From Escherichia virus TH21: a stretch of DNA of 52,087 bases. Each line of letters opens with the position of its first letter. Position 1 is the stretch's first letter. Under the pieces are notes generated by a model. That model was not told the DNA's origin. It saw only the letters and a program-made list of their open reading frames with translations, and searched no databases. Shown in pieces: positions 17,725 through 25,619 of the stretch. The DNA lies in sequence record MT446395.1. One strand, given 5' to 3'. The translations under genes were made by a program, and so were the position numbers.

Positions 17725-19308
17725 TTACCCCAGCAGTCGCGGATTAATGTAAATTTTATCACCAATCAGGCACGTATAGTTTTTCTCATCCAGCATAGGG
17801 ATCAGATGGTCTTTGATGCGAGTCATTACACCAGCCTGGCCCTCGAATGGCTTAACCTTACGCGCCGCTTCATATAGGGATCGGACACCTACAACGCCTT
17901 TCCCGTTCTTGCCTTGCTTGATCAGGATGTCAATAAGCTTGTTCATCTCCGCATGGTCGCCAGCGTGACCAGCAGCGTTTGCAGATGACAGATAAGTTTT
18001 ACTCAGTTCCTGGAACATAATTACAGCTTCTTGCATTGTATCAAGCTCAATCTCTCTGGACTTCTGCGGACTTCCGCCATTGGGATTGAACCAGTTACGC
18101 ACAGTGTGAAGAACCGCCGCGATCCTGATGGCCTGCTTATCAAACTTACCAAGCGCGCCGCGAAGCATTGTGTGTGAATACTTCCCGCCGTCCGCAAGGT
18201 GAGGTTCCATATCCTGACGCGCACGGTTGAGATATTTCATCGCCGACGTGCTCACTGTCAGGTTGACTTCGTGTTCGCTCATGATCTCATGGACCAGACG
18301 GAAGTAGTCCGCCTTGAGTCCGCCATCAATCGGCTCATATGTTGATTCGCCTTTTTCGTCAACGAATACACGCTCGCCAAGGAATGACTTCTCACGCACA
18401 AGCAAGAAACGTTCTGACACACCGATACCACGCGCACCAGCATTCATGATCGCGTTGATTGTTTCATCCTGTGCAATTACAGAGATGCAACCCATAGCGA
18501 TAAAGCTCATGTTATTGTCTGCGTTCGCACGCGCGATAGATACGTTACCAGCATCCCATGCCTTAAGCACAAGTTCGCTGTTCGTTTTCTTTGAGCCGTC
18601 ACCATAGGTCATGCCTAACAGTGAGTTTACGCTCGTTGCTTCATCCGAGATCACAGAGAAGTTCCCCTGGCGGTTGTTGATTCGCGCCAGACCTTCCGGC
18701 GTGGTGTCGGATACGGGGAATACGATGTCACAAAGGCGTTCCAGTTTTTCTTCCAGTTCTTCTTTTTCCTCAAACAGTGCCGCCATGTCGGACGGTGATT
18801 TTTCCTGCTTCATCTCCTTGGATAGAGCAGATAGTTTAGCCATAATCTTCTTGCGGTCGCGCTTTCGGATCTCGTTGAGTCGTTCAGTCTCTGCGATCAT
18901 CGGGGCCAGCGAAAGTGAGTTAATGGCTGATTTACCTGTCGATGGTGGCTGACTGGTTACGACGTAAAGCGCGGTCGGCTGTTGTGTTCCGTGATACTCA
19001 ACCGTAAAGCGGCCCAGCATGGCGGCTGATATGCATCCGAGGAAATGCATGTAAGCGGACGACTCGGGGAACTGAACTGAACGAGCGGCATTGCTTGACA
19101 GCTTACCAACGACATCATAATCGTTACCAAGTGAGATAACCGGATATTTGTCACCGCCCGAGTCGATTTCTGTTGGTGCTTTCCAGAACGACTGGCTTTG
19201 CCTGTACCCGTTCGCATTGATGGCAACGCGCAGGGGCGGCAGGTTATCGGCGGCGGCCACAGCCATAACCTGATCGATAGACAATTTATCTTCGTTAAAA
19301 TCAAACAT
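17725..19308 (-). CDS. P-loop NTPase, possibly VirE/DUF3987-like primase-associated helicase
   Basis: 527 aa from ATG 19308 (AAGGAG 7 nt upstream); Walker A-like SQPPSTGKS; N- and C-terminal segments recur in 24573..25127. Confidence 0.45.
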   Translation of the reverse strand: MFDFNEDKLSIDQVMAVAAADNLPPLRVAINANGYRQSQSFWKAPTEIDSGGDKYPVISLGNDYDVVGKLSSNAARSVQFPESSAYMHFLGCISAAMLGRFTVEYHGTQQPTALYVVTSQPPSTGKSAINSLSLAPMIAETERLNEIRKRDRKKIMAKLSALSKEMKQEKSPSDMAALFEEKEELEEKLERLCDIVFPVSDTTPEGLARINNRQGNFSVISDEATSVNSLLGMTYGDGSKKTNSELVLKAWDAGNVSIARANADNNMSFIAMGCISVIAQDETINAIMNAGARGIGVSERFLLVREKSFLGERVFVDEKGESTYEPIDGGLKADYFRLVHEIMSEHEVNLTVSTSAMKYLNRARQDMEPHLADGGKYSHTMLRGALGKFDKQAIRIAAVLHTVRNWFNPNGGSPQKSREIELDTMQEAVIMFQELSKTYLSSANAAGHAGDHAEMNKLIDILIKQGKNGKGVVGVRSLYEAARKVKPFEGQAGVMTRIKDHLIPMLDEKNYTCLIGDKIYINPRLLG

Positions 19309-19378
19309 TAAAAAACTCCTTAGTTGGTGCGCTAATGTTAACGCACCTATGGTAAAACCGCTTGCCAAAAAATGCTAC

Positions 19379-19732
19379 TTATTTATACGCCGACTCAAAT
19401 CTGTAAGTGCCGCATACTGTTTCGAATCCGACATCATCCGAGCGGTACAATTGCCAGGCTACGCCGTCGTTGTCGAAGATGTAACCAGCGTTACTACCGA
19501 GTCCTGCGTGCATGTCAACCTGGTAACGTTTGCCTTGAGTGAAGTCTTTTTTAACGGCAGATTTATGATTTACCTTAGTAACGTAAATGGTTTTAGTCTT
19601 GATGTAACGGCCCTTGATATCAAGGTTAACCCACTTGCCATCAACCTTGATTTGCTCTACCTCATCTTTTACGCGAGCTTTCAGAAGGCGGTTGTCGGAG
19701 GTAACGAAGTTTTTGGTGATTGTGGTAGCCAT
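19379..19732 (-). CDS. hypothetical protein
   Basis: 117 aa from ATG 19732 preceded by AAGGAAA and the conserved leader. Confidence 0.45.
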   Translation of the reverse strand: MATTITKNFVTSDNRLLKARVKDEVEQIKVDGKWVNLDIKGRYIKTKTIYVTKVNHKSAVKKDFTQGKRYQVDMHAGLGSNAGYIFDNDGVAWQLYRSDDVGFETVCGTYRFESAYK

Positions 19733-19796
19733 GATTATTTTCCTTTGGTGTGTTTCGTTTCGATGAGATGAATATACAGGAAAAGCCCCGAAGGGC

Positions 19797-19813
19797 TTTA
19801 GCAATTCGTGCTA
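19797..19813 (-). promoter_or_regulatory. cassette palindrome TAGCACGAATTGCTAAA overlapping the stop of the methyltransferase-like gene
   Basis: followed on minus strand by hairpin agccc-ttcg-gggct plus T-run, TATATT, leader ATCGAAACGAAAC. Confidence 0.5.
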
Positions 19814-20494
19814 TTTGGTTAAATGATTTGCCAGGTATACGGCGCGCGCAAATCCACGAGGAGTCAGTGAGCGCAACTGCTTGGTTTTTGCAGACTTCCC
19901 GCCGAGGTACTTCCATCCCCAAAAGAATCCAATGTTAATCGGGCCAGGCTTCTTCACTGGCTCAACGAATCCGTTACCATGCCAGATGCAAGTTTTCTTC
20001 GTGTAGCCGTCGTATTTCGGCATTTTTTCGTGGTACGGAAGATCGTGAGCTTTCATGAGTCCGCCGTATTCATACGGATTGAAGTAGAAGTCAGGCTTAC
20101 GCCACAGGCTTGACAGCTTGCCTACCGGATTCTCGACCATCCAGGGTGCCTGGAAGTGATTTCCGACTTCCTCGACGAGCTTCGCATTAGCCAGGGCGTA
20201 CGCCAGTTCATCATCACTGCGCTCATGCTGTGATCCAGACTGAGAGAACAGCGTGCAATCAGGGAATCCGATAACCATCTGCGCCGGAGGAAGGCCGAGC
20301 AATTCACACTTGGTAATGAAATCCTTGTCAATCCACATGTTGACGTAGTGAATGTTCTCATGCTTCATCTTGATGTGATATTCGCCATGATTGCCGGAGT
20401 CCGCGTTGAAGCAGTAGACGGTGTGACCATCTTCCGCCCATGGGAGGCCAGCGATACCAGAACCGTCGAACAAGCAGTAAATTACCTTTTTCAT
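19811..20494 (-). CDS. C5-cytosine methyltransferase-like protein (short, orphan)
   Basis: 227 aa; motif I-like CLFDGSGIAG, motif IV-like GFPDCTLFSQSG, motif VI-like VENP, in canonical order. Confidence 0.4.
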   Translation of the reverse strand: MKKVIYCLFDGSGIAGLPWAEDGHTVYCFNADSGNHGEYHIKMKHENIHYVNMWIDKDFITKCELLGLPPAQMVIGFPDCTLFSQSGSQHERSDDELAYALANAKLVEEVGNHFQAPWMVENPVGKLSSLWRKPDFYFNPYEYGGLMKAHDLPYHEKMPKYDGYTKKTCIWHGNGFVEPVKKPGPINIGFFWGWKYLGGKSAKTKQLRSLTPRGFARAVYLANHLTK

Positions 20495-20649
20495 TTCTTC
20501 TTAGCCTTCTCAATTGCTTTCTGTGTGATTTCGTAACTGCTTTGCAAGTCTTCAACCTGAGCGCTGGTGCTCCATGGATGCCATCCTTGACCTGAGAGCT
20601 TCGCGATCGTGTCGTTGTCGTAGTAGTTCAAATCGGATGGCTTGAGCAT
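20491..20649 (-). CDS. hypothetical small protein (52 aa)
   Basis: not in ORF track; ATGA overlap with downstream gene and TAATG overlap with upstream gene. Confidence 0.35.
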   Translation of the reverse strand: MLKPSDLNYYDNDTIAKLSGQGWHPWSTSAQVEDLQSSYEITQKAIEKAKKK

Positions 20650-20888
20650 TATTTCACCTCATCAAACGTTGCGATACCAGGGATAAACATTCCGACCTTC
20701 CAGCCTGCGATAGCAATCCATCCAGAATCGTGCTTGTGCGGTCGCTCAGCGCCATTAATAACCCATTCGTTCGGGATTGTCTTACCGTTAATGATTAGCG
20801 CCTCAGCGTCGTATACAGAACCTTTTACGAACGGTGTCAAAACTTTCTTGTCGGTGCTGGTGATTACGTTAGTGCATTTTACTTTCAT
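20649..20888 (-). CDS. hypothetical protein
   Basis: 79 aa. Confidence 0.45.
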   Translation of the reverse strand: MKVKCTNVITSTDKKVLTPFVKGSVYDAEALIINGKTIPNEWVINGAERPHKHDSGWIAIAGWKVGMFIPGIATFDEVK

Positions 20889-20897
20889 GATCTCACC

Positions 20898-21113
20898 TTA
20901 GAACGGGATTCCGTCATCAAATTTTAAGCGGTAGTCGAAATCATCCCCGATTCCGTCTACTGACTGGTTGCTTTCGCTTTCCAGATCCATATCCATAACG
21001 CCCAATGCGTCATCGAGTTCGATGCATCCGTAAGCAACCTTGAGCGCCCACTCTTCATTGAGTCCGGCCTCAAGTGCCGCGCGGTGGCGGCTCCAGAAAT
21101 TATCTTGATGCAC
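20898..21113 (-). CDS. small acidic protein ending in an SSB-like C-terminal tip (KFDDGIPF)
   Basis: 71 aa; GTG start with GGAG 6 nt upstream; C-terminus resembles the DDDIPF tip of SSB. Confidence 0.5.
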   Translation of the reverse strand: MHQDNFWSRHRAALEAGLNEEWALKVAYGCIELDDALGVMDMDLESESNQSVDGIGDDFDYRLKFDDGIPF

Positions 21114-21115
21114 TG

Positions 21116-21340
21116 TTAGCTCCAGGAATTGATGTAAAGTGAGTTATCATTTAACAGGTTGACCATCTCAGCACGGGTAAGGCTACGGATGATTGATCCT
21201 GGATGAGTGCCAACAACGTAGCGGTCGAACTCACGGCGCGTAATAGTGATTTGGCTTACGCCTGCGGCGCGGTCCAGCTTGACGATTGCACGGCCTTTTG
21301 CTTCGATGTGTGCTACTACGTTCTGAGCTTTAACTGACAT
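21116..21340 (-). CDS. hypothetical protein
   Basis: 74 aa; RBS AGAGGAAG; downstream of cassette copy. Confidence 0.45.
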   Translation of the reverse strand: MSVKAQNVVAHIEAKGRAIVKLDRAAGVSQITITRREFDRYVVGTHPGSIIRSLTRAEMVNLLNDNSLYINSWS

Positions 21341-21404
21341 TTTTACTTCCTCTTTGTGTACTTCGTTTCGATGAAATGATTATGCCTCATTCCGTGAGGC
21401 TTCG

Positions 21405-21421
21405 TTTAGCAATTCGTGCTA
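21405..21421 (-). promoter_or_regulatory. cassette palindrome TAGCACGAATTGCTAAA
   Basis: preceded by TAA stop; hairpin gcctca..tgaggc, CATAAT, leader ATCGAAACGAAG. Confidence 0.5.
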
Positions 21422-21422
21422 T

Positions 21423-21854
21423 TTACGGTTTTTTCGGTGGGCGCTGCTTGTGCACGTAAAACGGCGTCGGCGTAATGCAAGGCTGATAACCAGTCAGGAT
21501 ACGATTGCTTGCTTCCGTAGCGTGCGCAACTGCCTCAACCTGTTGAGATGTCGCCACCTGGCTACGGCGCAACAACCGACTTTTGCTCATCCGCTGGTTA
21601 GTGCCGCTTAACTTCATATACTGATAATCCAACGGCTCGAACGCGACACGCTTCTCCATGAACACCTTGCGGCTACTGGCAACGAATACCTTACTGCCTT
21701 TGCGTCCAGCAATGCTGCGAATGGAAGTGTACATTGACTCATGAATTTGAGCCTTGAAGCGCCAGGCTCCGTACGCCCAAATATACATCCGGCCTGATGG
21801 CGTGATGAATCGCGTGGTGCCATCCGTCGCCTTAAAGATGATGCCGTGTCTCAT
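21423..21854 (-). CDS. hypothetical basic protein
   Basis: 143 aa, Arg/Lys-rich. Confidence 0.45.
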   Translation of the reverse strand: MRHGIIFKATDGTTRFITPSGRMYIWAYGAWRFKAQIHESMYTSIRSIAGRKGSKVFVASSRKVFMEKRVAFEPLDYQYMKLSGTNQRMSKSRLLRRSQVATSQQVEAVAHATEASNRILTGYQPCITPTPFYVHKQRPPKKP

Positions 21855-21864
21855 TTGCCTTTCC

Positions 21865-22074
21865 TCAGATTAGTGAAATTTCGACGGTGACTTTCGCCTG
21901 ACCAATTACCCGCGCACCGCCATACAACAACGCGCATTCAATGATGTGCTCATCCATCGCGGCTGTTTGTGATGGCAGACCATCCAACAGGCGGAAGATT
22001 TCGGACCGTGAGTTGTCGCAACTGATCAGATACTCGTTGCCGCTACCGATAAACTGCACAATGTCAAACATCAT
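21865..22074 (-). CDS. hypothetical protein
   Basis: 69 aa from ATG 22074 (GGAG 8 nt upstream); ORF track start 22140 is TTG. Confidence 0.4.
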   Translation of the reverse strand: MMFDIVQFIGSGNEYLISCDNSRSEIFRLLDGLPSQTAAMDEHIIECALLYGGARVIGQAKVTVEISLI

Positions 22075-22250
22075 TTCTGTAGCTCCGTTTCGTAGTAGTC
22101 GTAGGTATTGAACTGATCTCTTGCGTTCATCTTCTCGCAAACCTGCTTTGCCATCTGCTCACTTAGGCACACGCAGTGCACTTGAGTGTCATATTCCGGT
22201 TCGCGTGGCTCAGCCATCACAACGTAGCAATGCATTTTAACAGTGGTCAT
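22071..22250 (-). CDS. hypothetical Cys/His-rich small protein (59 aa), possible zinc binder
   Basis: not in ORF track; HC..HCVC..C pattern; ATGA overlap downstream. Confidence 0.35.
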   Translation of the reverse strand: MTTVKMHCYVVMAEPREPEYDTQVHCVCLSEQMAKQVCEKMNARDQFNTYDYYETELQK

Positions 22251-22252
22251 AA

Positions 22253-22537
22253 TTATTTCTTCCCGTCGAATGTTAAATAGTTCACATGGAATGCAACGAT
22301 TCCATCGTGAGCGATTGTCGTGTGCGGACGAACGATGATGATCACCTTATCCGTTTTCTTGTCACGAAGCACCGCGTCGCCGTGCTCAAACATGTAAACA
22401 GTGCGATCAGCCATCTGCCTCACGCTCTCATTTCTGCAACCGTAGAATCGCTGAACCGCACGAATTACCGCATCATTCTCTTTGGCCTGAACCTCGACCT
22501 GCATACGGTAGGCCATTTGCTGAATATCGTTTTTCAT
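22253..22537 (-). CDS. hypothetical protein
   Basis: 94 aa; preceded by cassette leader. Confidence 0.45.
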   Translation of the reverse strand: MKNDIQQMAYRMQVEVQAKENDAVIRAVQRFYGCRNESVRQMADRTVYMFEHGDAVLRDKKTDKVIIIVRPHTTIAHDGIVAFHVNYLTFDGKK

Positions 22538-22592
22538 CTCTATATCCTTCGTTTCGATGGAGTGAATCTTAGCAAATCACTCCTGATTGGTA

Positions 22593-22609
22593 ATTAGCAA
22601 ATCGTGCTA
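22593..22609 (-). promoter_or_regulatory. cassette palindrome TAGCACGATTTGCTAAT
   Basis: followed by 7-bp-stem hairpin ggagtga..tcactcc and leader ATCGAAACGAAGG. Confidence 0.45.
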
Positions 22610-22610
22610 T

Positions 22611-22937
22611 TTATGCGATGTCGAACTCCGCTGCGTACGCTTCTTTGATACCCGCTTCACGCATGGTGCGCTTGCTGATTTTTCGCGGGTGACGGTACTG
22701 AGCGTTAGGCTTAATCCACCAGAAGCAAGCAGTTTCACGAACGATTTCATAAGCGCTGTAACGAGTGAAAATATCGCGTTCTGCGTCCGGCTGGGATACA
22801 CAGGTCAGGCTCTTAACTTCCGGCTTGATTTCTTCCCAAACGAATGAATCCATACCGTTAACCTTGCAAGCTACCATCACATATTCAACACCGTTTTCGA
22901 TTTTGATGATGTGGTTACCGCGATTTTCGTATTTCAT
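22611..22937 (-). CDS. hypothetical protein
   Basis: 108 aa. Confidence 0.45.
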   Translation of the reverse strand: MKYENRGNHIIKIENGVEYVMVACKVNGMDSFVWEEIKPEVKSLTCVSQPDAERDIFTRYSAYEIVRETACFWWIKPNAQYRHPRKISKRTMREAGIKEAYAAEFDIA

Positions 22938-22997
22938 TTGCTTGCTCTCTGTGTCTCGTTTCGATGAAGTAATAATACCCCATCGTGAGATCTGGCG

Positions 22998-23014
22998 TTT
23001 AGCAATTCGTGCTA
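22998..23014 (-). promoter_or_regulatory. cassette palindrome TAGCACGAATTGCTAAA
   Basis: followed by TATTAT and leader ATCGAAACGAGAC. Confidence 0.5.
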
Positions 23015-23016
23015 TT

Positions 23017-23214
23017 TCAGAATTTAACTTCCTCGACTACCTGGACCATCTCGTATCCAAGGCGGTAACTGTCACCAAGGATTAATCGGCCCATGAACTG
23101 ATCGTTCGTGAAGCTCTCCTTACCCATGGTCCGAAGCGATCCGTGATGGATGATAGTGTCGCCAACCTTCACGTCGTTCTTGTGCGTCAAAACAATTTTG
23201 TTATCCATTATCAA
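23017..23214 (-). CDS. hypothetical protein
   Basis: 65 aa. Confidence 0.4.
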   Translation of the reverse strand: MIMDNKIVLTHKNDVKVGDTIIHHGSLRTMGKESFTNDQFMGRLILGDSYRLGYEMVQVVEEVKF

Positions 23215-23221
23215 GTGCTCC

Positions 23222-23404
23222 TTACATGTGTTTCAGGTAGAAAGCGATTTCACGGATGTTGTCTTCTGGATGAGCCTTCACGACTACCGCGAACATCTTC
23301 TCAACCAGCGCCTTGGTGCTCTCAGGGTTATAACCTTCCTGGACCAGCAGGGCAATAGTGTTTTCGATGGTAACTGGTGAGTTCTTGTTGATGCGCTTAG
23401 CCAT
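23222..23404 (-). CDS. hypothetical protein, first gene of minus-strand accessory operon
   Basis: 60 aa; RBS AAAGGAA; leader ATCGAAACGACAC. Confidence 0.4.
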   Translation of the reverse strand: MAKRINKNSPVTIENTIALLVQEGYNPESTKALVEKMFAVVVKAHPEDNIREIAFYLKHM

Positions 23405-23468
23405 GATGATTTCCTTTAGTGCGTGTCGTTTCGATTAGGTAATAATAGCGAATCACTCCTGATCGGTC

Positions 23469-23485
23469 ATTAGCAAAAAGTGCTA
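23469..23485 (-). promoter_or_regulatory. cassette palindrome TAGCACTTTTTGCTAAT at the head of the minus-strand operon
   Basis: followed by TATTAT and the conserved leader. Confidence 0.45.
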
Positions 23486-23499
23486 TTCGTTCGATTTAT

Positions 23500-23625
23500 G
23501 GATTGTTGCAGCTATTGCAATGATTCACTTCACTATTGCACATATAGCAATATTGCATCGTTTGCAATGATGTTTTCGATTGTTGCGAATTGAGCAATGA
23601 TTCATTGATGGGTGGAATGATGGGG
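23500..23625. repeat. iteron-like cluster of TTGCAATGAT / TTGCA repeats
   Basis: TTGCAATGAT at 23515 and 23562, GCAATGAT at 23594, GGAATGATG at 23614; inverted repeat TATTGC-N7-GCAATA near 23535. Confidence 0.45.
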
Positions 23626-23681
23626 TGAGATCTGATCCCCGATCGCCTGGTAGGATTTTCCCGCCACACGTTTCATCTATT

Positions 23682-23830
23682 TACACGTAACCGAAGTAGC
23701 ACGGTGTAAGCCACACCCATATCGTTACGCGGGTTACGCGCAGCTACGCCCTGACTTACGCCATAAGTCCTTAATATATATATATATCTTCTTTCTATTA
23801 TTATTATTATTATTAATATTATTGTATGTA
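23682..23830. repeat. AT-rich repeat segment paralogous to 2629..2790, with (AT)7 and (TTA)6 microsatellites
   Basis: tacacgtaaccgaagtagcacggtgta vs tacatgtaaccgatgtaactcggtgta; cgcgcagYtacgcc shared; microsatellites in both copies. Confidence 0.55.
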
Positions 23831-24033
23831 AGTCGTGTAACTGGGGTGCTGGAGTTATCTATATGTTTTTTCCTATCAGGGTATATATTTGCTATTTATG
23901 GACGCATTTCGCCAGTACGGGGCCATGACATCAATTTGCCTCGTTACAGCCACGACACCAAACTACATTGAGCTATAGCTGGGCTGTGATACCTTTTCGC
24001 GTAACCACCCCCGAAAGTTACCAAAAATTACAC

Positions 24034-24062
24034 TTGACTACATGTGTAAGTCGGGATACGAT
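24034..24062 (+). promoter_or_regulatory. sigma70-type promoter (TTGACT-N17-TACGAT) for the plus-strand accessory operon
   Basis: hexamers read directly; ATG at 24094 after GAGAGGAG. Confidence 0.5.
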
Positions 24063-24093
24063 TAGCTCAACTTAAACGAGAGGAGTTATAAAG

Positions 24094-24573
24094 ATGAAAG
24101 AGCAAGTAACACTAGGGCAGGTGATTCGTGAGATGGCAAAGGCAGCACTCAAGTCCGAGGATAAGCAATTCAGCGTGCCACTAAGTAAGATTGCAAGCAT
24201 TATCGGAGTCGATGGCGATAACATTCCAAAGCTAAAGAGTTCATACATCTACAACACGACAGCCCGCATGACTGAGCTAAGGGATGTTGGATTGAAAGCG
24301 ACTCACTCCTATGACGACGACGAGGGTGATAGCGAGTTCGGTGAATCAACCCTGGCAGGTGATAGAAGACTGGTTATCAAGCTGGTACCTGGCACGGCGA
24401 ACATTGGAATCAGAAAGAAGACCAATAACGCGATAAAGGAAGAGGCAATCACCGAGTTCAAGGCGAGAATTTCAAAGGTTATGCCAGACATTTCAGAGTA
24501 TGAAGGAGAGGCGCTTGCCGCTGCAATGAAGGCAATTAAAGATTACCGCTCAATCATTGAGGAGATTAAATAA
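24094..24573 (+). CDS. hypothetical protein, first gene of plus-strand accessory operon
   Basis: 159 aa; strong RBS. Confidence 0.5.
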   Translation: MKEQVTLGQVIREMAKAALKSEDKQFSVPLSKIASIIGVDGDNIPKLKSSYIYNTTARMTELRDVGLKATHSYDDDEGDSEFGESTLAGDRRLVIKLVPGTANIGIRKKTNNAIKEEAITEFKARISKVMPDISEYEGEALAAAMKAIKDYRSIIEEIK

Positions 24574-25127
24574 TGTTTGATTTCAACGAAGATAAGTTAA
24601 CTGATGACCAAGTGATGGAAGTCGCCAGGCAAGATAACCTTCTGCCATTGCGCGTGGCAATCAACGCAAACGGATACCGTCAAGCTTTCAAGTTCTGGTG
24701 CAGCGCAGAAGAGATGCTGCGCGTCAAACTGAGCCACAAACAAAGCGTCGTGGTTAAAAGGATTAGCCACCAGGGCCGCAACGGAAAGGGAGTGGTTGGC
24801 ATTAGATCTCTATACGAGGCAATCCGAAAGGTCCAGCCATTCGTCGGGCGCGAAGGGATTATGCATGACCTGACAAATAACATCATCCCAGCACTACAGG
24901 AGGCAGGAATTGTTTGCCTCATTGGCGATAAGATTTATGTGCATCCGGCCCTGGTGGGAATGGATGAACGAGACGTGTACACCTGGTGCAGTCAGCACCG
25001 ATCCGACGCGCGACGTTCTCACTACGTGCCACCGCAGACAACAATCCATGGCTATGATGCCGATGAGGTGGAGAAGGCCATCCAGTTCTACCGGAAAGCG
25101 AAATCTCTCCTGAACGGTGAATGCTAA
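24573..25127 (+). CDS. domain-deleted paralogue of the 17725..19308 P-loop protein (N- and C-terminal segments only)
   Basis: 184 aa; MFDFNEDKL..PLRVAINANGYRQ and GKGVVG.RSLYEA..K..PF...CLIGDKIY match both ends of the 527-aa protein; no Walker A. Confidence 0.5.
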   Translation: MFDFNEDKLTDDQVMEVARQDNLLPLRVAINANGYRQAFKFWCSAEEMLRVKLSHKQSVVVKRISHQGRNGKGVVGIRSLYEAIRKVQPFVGREGIMHDLTNNIIPALQEAGIVCLIGDKIYVHPALVGMDERDVYTWCSQHRSDARRSHYVPPQTTIHGYDADEVEKAIQFYRKAKSLLNGEC

Positions 25128-25342
25128 TGCTTATAAAATGTGTGTATGTAAGGCAAGCCAATCACCACAACCTTTCAGTTGTAAATGGCGGGATATACGT
25201 GGCTAAGCCAATACCTTGTTTTAATGGCTCATACTACATCAAGGTTGATGGCAATGAGTACATAGTGAAGACGATAGGTGAAGCTCTTATGATAAAGAGC
25301 CTTGGTGTTATAATGGCTAAATTCGAAATCGTTCGTGAATAG
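25127..25342 (+). CDS. hypothetical protein
   Basis: 71 aa from ATG 25127 (ORF track 25121). Confidence 0.4.
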   Translation: MLIKCVYVRQANHHNLSVVNGGIYVAKPIPCFNGSYYIKVDGNEYIVKTIGEALMIKSLGVIMAKFEIVRE

Positions 25343-25356
25343 CACAAATTGCTAAA
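25340..25356 (+). promoter_or_regulatory. cassette palindrome TAGCACAAATTGCTAAA
   Basis: TAG stop overlaps; hairpin gggtagtcagctatgattaccc; leader ACGAAGAGGAA. Confidence 0.5.
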
Positions 25357-25412
25357 CAACAAATCGGGTAGTCAGCTATGATTACCCTATCAACAACGAA
25401 GAGGAAATGATC

Positions 25413-25619
25413 ATGGAAACTGTACGTATTGACGATGTTCACTTTGACCAAGCTGAGGTCAGTGTCACGATGAGATCAGTTCGCGGCAATGTTGTCAACC
25501 TGGACTTCGATCCTGACGGTTACGCAGATTGCCAAACACTGATGCATTACTCACCTGACGCGGCTCGCAAATTAGCGGCGGCACTTATTCTGGCAGCGGA
25601 AGAGGCAGAAAAGCAATGA
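25413..25619 (+). CDS. small acidic protein, paralogue family member 1
   Basis: 68 aa; shares V.I.D..AEV....Y.PD.ARKLAAAL..AAEEAE pattern with 25616, 26394 and (more distantly) 26621. Confidence 0.5.
   Translation: METVRIDDVHFDQAEVSVTMRSVRGNVVNLDFDPDGYADCQTLMHYSPDAARKLAAALILAAEEAEKQ

Noticed and set aside
23497-23595. 32-aa Cys-rich ORF (MDCCSYCNDSLHYCTY...) in the long intergenic region
   Set aside because: Its Cys codons are the TTGCA / TGCAATGAT repeats read in frame; no RBS; treated as a by-product of the repeat cluster.
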